A stretch of DNA of 53,428 bases from an uncultured Desulfobacteraceae bacterium (GTDB lineage: Bacteria > Desulfobacterota > Desulfobacteria > Desulfobacterales > JAABSP01), in the NCBI GenBank assembly GCA_964431545.1, contig CAYSLC010000009.1, positions 1 through 53,428 on the forward strand. Direction: 5' to 3'. The notes under the pieces are model-generated. The model had not been told where the DNA came from. It saw only the letters and a program-made list of their open reading frames with translations, and did not search any database. The stretch's first letter is position 1. Each line of letters starts with the position of its first letter. This document shows, in pieces, positions 48,796-53,428 of this stretch. A program made the translations under genes and the position numbers.

Positions 48796-50922
48796 ATGTT
48801 CGGCTATTCAGTAGGGGCGGTGGTGGCCATCATCATCATCGCGGGTATCGGCTTTCTGGCCATGCTGGCCAAGTTCTACCGGAAGGTGGAGCAGGGGACG
48901 GCCCTGATCCGCAACGGCCTGGGCAAGACCCGGGTCGCCTTCACCGGCATCTTCGTCATCCCCATCGTCCACCGGATGGAGCTGATGGACATCACGGTGA
49001 AGCACCTCACCATCGACCGGCGGGGGTCCGAGGGGCTCATCTGCAAGGACAACATGCGGGCCGACATCAAGGTCGCCTTCTTCGTCCGGGTCAACAAGAC
49101 CCCCGAGGATGTCCTCAAGGTGGCCCAGTCCATCGGGTGCGTGCGGGCCTCCCACAACGAGGCCCTGCGGGAGCTGTTCGAGGCGAAGTTCTCCGAGGCC
49201 TTAAAGACCGTGGGCAAGCACTTCGACTTCGTGGATCTCTACAACTCCCGGGAGCAGTTCAAGGAACAGATCCTCCGGGTCATCGGCACCGATCTCAACG
49301 GGTTCGTGCTCGACGACGCGGCCATCGACTTCCTGGAACAGACGCCGGTGGAGAAGCTCGACGCCGACAACATCCTCGATTCCGAGGGGATCAAGAAGAT
49401 CACCGAACTGACGGCCAAGCAGCAGATCCTGGCCAACCAGCTCCGGCGGGAGCGGGAGAAGGTGATCACCCAGCAGGACGTGGACGGCAAGGAAGCGATC
49501 CTGGAACTCAACCGCCAGCTCACCGAGACCGAGGCCCGGCAGAAGCGGGAGGTGGAATCGGTCCAGGCGAGGGAGGAGGCCGAGACCGAGAAGATCCGCC
49601 AGGAGGAGCGCCTCAAGGCGGAAAACGCCAAGATCACCACCGACGAAGAGCTGAGCATCGCCTCGGAGAACCGGGACCGCCAGGTGGTGGTGGCCAAGAA
49701 GAACAAGGAGCGCACCGAGGCCATCGAGACCGAACGGGTCGAAAAGGACCGGCTCATCGAGGCGACCGAGCGGGAGCGGATCGTGGAGCTGGCCCGGATC
49801 GAGAAGGACAAGGCCCTGGAGGTGGAGCGGAAGAACATCCAGAACGTCATCCGGGACCGGGTGATGGTGGAAAAGACGGTGGTGGAGGAGCAGGAACGGA
49901 TCAAGGACACCCAGGCCTTCGCCGAGGCCGACCGGGAGAAGCGGGTGGCCCTGACCCAGGCGGAAAAAGAGGGCGAGGAGGCCATGACCCGGCAGTCCAA
50001 GGTGGCCGATGCCGCCCGGAAAGCGGCCGAGATCAAGGCCGAAGAGGAGATGTTCACAAGGCTCAAGGCGGCGGAGGCCTCCCGGAAGGCGGCCGAACTC
50101 AAGGCCGAGGAGACGGTGGTGGAGGCCGAGGCCTTCCAGAAGTCGGCGGTCCAGAAATCCGAGGGGCAGAAGCTGCTGGCCGAGGGCGAGGCCGCCGAGC
50201 TGGCCGCCGCCGGCATCGCCGAGGCCCGGGTGGAGCGGGAGAAGAACGAACTGATCGAACAGAAAGGGACCGCCGAGATCAAGGTCCTGGAACTCCGGCT
50301 GACGGCCGAAGCCAAGGGCATCGACAACAAAGGGGCGGCCGAGGCCAAGGCCATGGAACTCAAACTCATGTCCGAGGCCAAGGGGATCGAAAGCAAGGCC
50401 AACGCCATGAAGCTCCTGGACGCCGTGGGCCGGGAGCACGAGGAGTTCAAGCTGGAGCTGGAGAAGGAAAAGGAGGTGGCCCTGGCCCGCATGGGCATGG
50501 ACCGGGATGTGGCCAAGAGCCAGGCCGAGATCCTGGGCAGCTTCCTGCGCTACGCCAAGATCGACATCGTGGGCGGGGAATCGGCCTTCTTCGACCGGGT
50601 GATGAACGCCGTCTCCACCGGCAAGACCGTGGACCGGTACATGGACAGCAGCCGAACCCTCAAGGACGTGAAGGAGACCTTCTTCAACGCCGATCCGGAG
50701 TATTTCCAGTCCCAGCTCAAACGGTTCATGACCCAGTTCGGCGTCGGCATCGAGGATGTGAAGAACCTCACGGTCTCCGCGGCCCTGGCCAAGATGATCG
50801 CCCTGGCCCAAAGTTCCGAACAGCGGGGGGACCTCTACGGCCTCATGGCCGTGGCCGAGCGGGCCGGCATCGCCGACCGGCTCCTCAACCTCAAAGGCGC
50901 GGACGCCGGGGAAAAGGAGTAG
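48796..50922 (+). CDS. flotillin-family SPFH/band-7 protein (YqiK/FloT-like)
   Basis: 708 aa; N-terminal membrane hairpin, SPFH domain (GTALIRNGLGKTRVAFTGIFVIPIVHRMELMDITVKHLTI), and a long Glu/Ala/Lys/Arg-rich coiled-coil flotillin domain. Confidence 0.85.
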   Translation: MFGYSVGAVVAIIIIAGIGFLAMLAKFYRKVEQGTALIRNGLGKTRVAFTGIFVIPIVHRMELMDITVKHLTIDRRGSEGLICKDNMRADIKVAFFVRVNKTPEDVLKVAQSIGCVRASHNEALRELFEAKFSEALKTVGKHFDFVDLYNSREQFKEQILRVIGTDLNGFVLDDAAIDFLEQTPVEKLDADNILDSEGIKKITELTAKQQILANQLRREREKVITQQDVDGKEAILELNRQLTETEARQKREVESVQAREEAETEKIRQEERLKAENAKITTDEELSIASENRDRQVVVAKKNKERTEAIETERVEKDRLIEATERERIVELARIEKDKALEVERKNIQNVIRDRVMVEKTVVEEQERIKDTQAFAEADREKRVALTQAEKEGEEAMTRQSKVADAARKAAEIKAEEEMFTRLKAAEASRKAAELKAEETVVEAEAFQKSAVQKSEGQKLLAEGEAAELAAAGIAEARVEREKNELIEQKGTAEIKVLELRLTAEAKGIDNKGAAEAKAMELKLMSEAKGIESKANAMKLLDAVGREHEEFKLELEKEKEVALARMGMDRDVAKSQAEILGSFLRYAKIDIVGGESAFFDRVMNAVSTGKTVDRYMDSSRTLKDVKETFFNADPEYFQSQLKRFMTQFGVGIEDVKNLTVSAALAKMIALAQSSEQRGDLYGLMAVAERAGIADRLLNLKGADAGEKE

Positions 50923-50928
50923 GATCCC

Positions 50929-53428
50929 ATGGCCCATCCGGAAGAGACGCAAAGCCCCGAACGGGGCGAGGTGGCCCTGGAGGGGGGGACCTACGAGATC
51001 ATCCGGAACCGCCTCACGGCAAAGGGCCGGGAGCTGCGGTCCCGGATGGACCGGCTCAACGAGAACCGGAAGGCGGTCTTCGGTTCCGTCGACTTCGGCC
51101 TCCGGAGCACCGATCGAATCTCCACCCAAAACAACTGCATGCCCCGGGACATGGTCTCCCTGGACGGGTCCCGGTTCCTCTTCGGGTACAACGTCCACAT
51201 GGGTCTCAAATCGGAGACCGGGCTGTCGGACGTCTTTTCCGCCTACGAGTACCGGGAGGAGACCTTCCACGAGATCCCCGCCGAGATGTTGGCGGACGAG
51301 CGGTTCCGGAAGGACTTCCAGAGCCTCTACAAGTACTACCGGGAGACCCGGTTCGTCAAGTTCTCGGTGATCGGACCCCATCTGTTCATGGTCTTCCGGG
51401 TGGGCAAATCGGCCGCCGACATCAAGACGTTCAAGTGGCGCCTGGAGGACGGGGTCCTCCGGTACGTGGACAACCGGAGCGACCACGAATACACGTTCCC
51501 GCCCCAGCACGGGTACACCTGGACCCGGACCCACCGGGACCTCCACCGGTTCGGGAAGTTCCCCCACATCTCCATCGAGGACCGCCTCTTCGTGGAGGCG
51601 GTGGGCGGCGACATCACCTTCAAGGTGGAAGACAACACGGACAGCGGCCACGGCATCTACGCCGAGCCGGTGGACAATCCGGACCAGACCCTCGACGACG
51701 CCGAGATCTTCTACGCGGCCCTGGGCCACATCATCCTGGTACGGATCAAGCCCTACCTGGAGGAATCCTTCCGGTACTTCATCTTCAACGAGAAGACCCG
51801 GGAGGTCCACCGGGTGGACGCCATCGCCGACGCCTGCGTGCGGCTGCCGGATGATCAGGGATTGATCTTCTCCAACGGCTACTACCTGGCCTCGGGCGAA
51901 CTCAAGCAGTACGAGTCGGGCCTCACCGGCATGGTCTTTGAGAACAAGGTCCCCTCGGCCAACGGGGAGGACTTCCTCTACGCCTTCCACCAGCCCGAAT
52001 CGGGGGACTACGTGCTCTTCTCCTACAACATCGTGGAACAAAAGGTGGACAACCCGGTGCCCTGCAACGGGTATTCGCTGTTCGACAGCGGGGAGATGCT
52101 CCTGTTCAAGGCCAGCTACGAGCCGGCCCGCCACCACGTGGTCCAGGTCTGGGAGACCCCCTACATGTCCACCGACTACGCCCTGTCGACCAAGACCGAC
52201 CACGGCGACTCGTTCCTCTACAAGATCGGCAACCCGCCCATCGTCCGGTGCATGGCCGAGTGCAACGAACTCCTCAAGCTCATCGGCCGGGAGGAGGTCT
52301 ACGCCGGGCTCTACGTGGATCTGGCCAAGAAGGCCGGAAACATCGCCGACGCCTACTTCTGGATCGACCGGCCCGAGACGGGAAATCTCAAGGAGGTGCT
52401 CCTGGAGATCCGGGCGGCCGCCGTGGGGGCGGTGGACGAGTTCGAGAAGGTGGTCCGGCTCAAAAAACATACCGCCGCCGAAGTGGCCCGGGTCCGGGAC
52501 CGGAGCGGGGAGATCCTGGAGGCGGCCCGGACCCGGACCATGGACCGCATCGACCGGTTCGTGGAGACCCTCTCCGAGCTGCGGGGGGTCCGGGGCGAGA
52601 TCATCTCCCTGAAGGAGCTGCGGTATGTGGATTTGGAGGCCGTGGCGGCGCTGGAAGAGGAGGTGGTCTCGGCCACCGAGGACCTCTCCGAGCGGTGCGT
52701 CCGTTTCCTGCTCACCCCCGAGGCCCTGGACCCATACGAGGCCCGGGTCTCGGAGATCCAGGAGCGGATCGACGACCTGACCAAGACGGCCGATGCCGAC
52801 CGGCTGGGGGAGGAGGTGGACGCGGCCTCCGCCGGTCTGGAGATGCTCATCGACATCGTCTCCAATCTCAGAATCGAGGATCCCACCCAGACCACGCGGA
52901 TCATCGACGCCGTCTCGGAGATCTACTCCCGGATCAACACCGTCAAGGCGGCTCTGAAGACCAAACGGAAGAATCTCCAGAGCACCGAGGGGATCGCCGA
53001 GTTCAACGCCCAGATGAAGCTCCTCAACCAGAGCGTGGTCAATTACCTGGACATCGCCGACACCCCGGAGAAGTGCGAGGAGTATCTCACCAAGGTCATG
53101 GTGGCGGTGGAGGAGCTGGAGGGGCGGTTCTCCGACTTCGATGAATTCATCGTGGAACTTTCGGAAAAGCGGGACGAACTCTACAACGCCTTCGAGACCC
53201 GGAAGCTCGCCCTGGTGGAGGCCCGGAACCGGCGGGCCACCGCCCTGATGAGCGCGGCGGAGCGGATCCTGAAAGGGGTGCGGAACCGGGCATCGGCCAT
53301 GGCCGACGTGGACGCCATCAACGCCTACTTCGCCTCGGACCTGATGATCGAGAAGATCCGGAACATCGTGGAACAGCTCCTGGAACTGGACGACACGGTG
53401 AAGGCCGATGACATCCAGTCCCGGCTCA
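50929..53428 (+). CDS. large uncharacterised protein (>833 aa, 3' truncated by the window edge), co-operonic with flotillin
   Basis: ATG at 50929, 6 nt after the flotillin stop, with SD AAAAGGAG. Continuous ORF to the window end, hidden in the track by a longer GC shadow ORF. N-terminal ~470 aa is beta-rich (FKVEDNTDSGHGIYAEP, LFSYNIVEQKVDNPVPCNGYSLFDSGEMLLF); C-terminal >350 aa is helical/coiled-coil. No Walker motifs or other signatures found. Confidence 0.6.
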   Translation, partial: MAHPEETQSPERGEVALEGGTYEIIRNRLTAKGRELRSRMDRLNENRKAVFGSVDFGLRSTDRISTQNNCMPRDMVSLDGSRFLFGYNVHMGLKSETGLSDVFSAYEYREETFHEIPAEMLADERFRKDFQSLYKYYRETRFVKFSVIGPHLFMVFRVGKSAADIKTFKWRLEDGVLRYVDNRSDHEYTFPPQHGYTWTRTHRDLHRFGKFPHISIEDRLFVEAVGGDITFKVEDNTDSGHGIYAEPVDNPDQTLDDAEIFYAALGHIILVRIKPYLEESFRYFIFNEKTREVHRVDAIADACVRLPDDQGLIFSNGYYLASGELKQYESGLTGMVFENKVPSANGEDFLYAFHQPESGDYVLFSYNIVEQKVDNPVPCNGYSLFDSGEMLLFKASYEPARHHVVQVWETPYMSTDYALSTKTDHGDSFLYKIGNPPIVRCMAECNELLKLIGREEVYAGLYVDLAKKAGNIADAYFWIDRPETGNLKEVLLEIRAAAVGAVDEFEKVVRLKKHTAAEVARVRDRSGEILEAARTRTMDRIDRFVETLSELRGVRGEIISLKELRYVDLEAVAALEEEVVSATEDLSERCVRFLLTPEALDPYEARVSEIQERIDDLTKTADADRLGEEVDAASAGLEMLIDIVSNLRIEDPTQTTRIIDAVSEIYSRINTVKAALKTKRKNLQSTEGIAEFNAQMKLLNQSVVNYLDIADTPEKCEEYLTKVMVAVEELEGRFSDFDEFIVELSEKRDELYNAFETRKLALVEARNRRATALMSAAERILKGVRNRASAMADVDAINAYFASDLMIEKIRNIVEQLLELDDTVKADDIQSRL

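Noticed and set aside
49201-52470. 1089-aa ORF on the minus strand spanning the flotillin gene and the downstream large gene; likewise 49137..51854 (+, 905 aa) in a third frame
   Set aside because: Its translation is low-complexity Gly/Pro/Arg/Asp/Leu-rich with no recognisable domain. It lies antisense to, or out of frame with, two ORFs that have clear homology or good SD signals. This is the expected behaviour of shadow ORFs in ~65% GC DNA with GC3-biased codon usage.
1-53428. Search for CRISPR arrays, tRNA/rRNA genes, integrases/transposases, direct repeats flanking islands
   Set aside because: No short regularly spaced repeats, no tRNA-like cloverleaf candidates in intergenic regions, no recombinase-like ORFs, and uniform GC content; the window appears to be core chromosome.

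Overview
High-GC (~65%) chromosomal core segment, codon usage consistent with a Deltaproteobacteria-like (Desulfobacterota/Thermodesulfobacteriota-type) genome. About 48 protein-coding genes at ~90% coding density. I saw no rRNA, tRNA, CRISPR array, integrase or transposase, and GC content is uniform, so there is no obvious island. Coordinates inferred from codon arithmetic on the ORF track may be off by 1-3 nt.

Recognisable content:
- Nitrogen regulation: glnE-glnD adjacent and co-oriented on the minus strand; a DUF4390-ntrY-ntrX sigma-54 two-component module downstream of lpxC.
- Housekeeping: rsmD-coaD, serS, a thrC-like gene, icd, and a yicC-DUF370-gmk-rlmB string.
- Glycogen turnover: malQ and glgX, divergently arranged.
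- Signalling: four sensor kinases (one PAS kinase, two hybrid kinases, NtrY).
- Ion transport: a 2TM RCK potassium channel with a TVGYS filter variant.
- Several small or unannotated proteins: Pmp3, Trm112, a 56-aa basic protein, a DUF1232-J-domain fusion.

The most interesting candidate for an undescribed system is at the 3' end of the window: an NfeD/YqiJ-like membrane OB-fold protein, a flotillin (SPFH) protein, and a tightly coupled third gene encoding a very large (>830 aa, truncated by the window) uncharacterised protein with a beta-rich N-terminal half and a long helical repeat C-terminal half. A second unusual module is a TPR-repeat/RlpA-like DPBB fusion protein translationally coupled (ATGA overlap) to a ComM/YifB Mg-chelatase-like ATPase.

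Many very long antisense 'shadow' ORFs (up to 1089 aa) are artefacts of GC-rich codon bias and were rejected.
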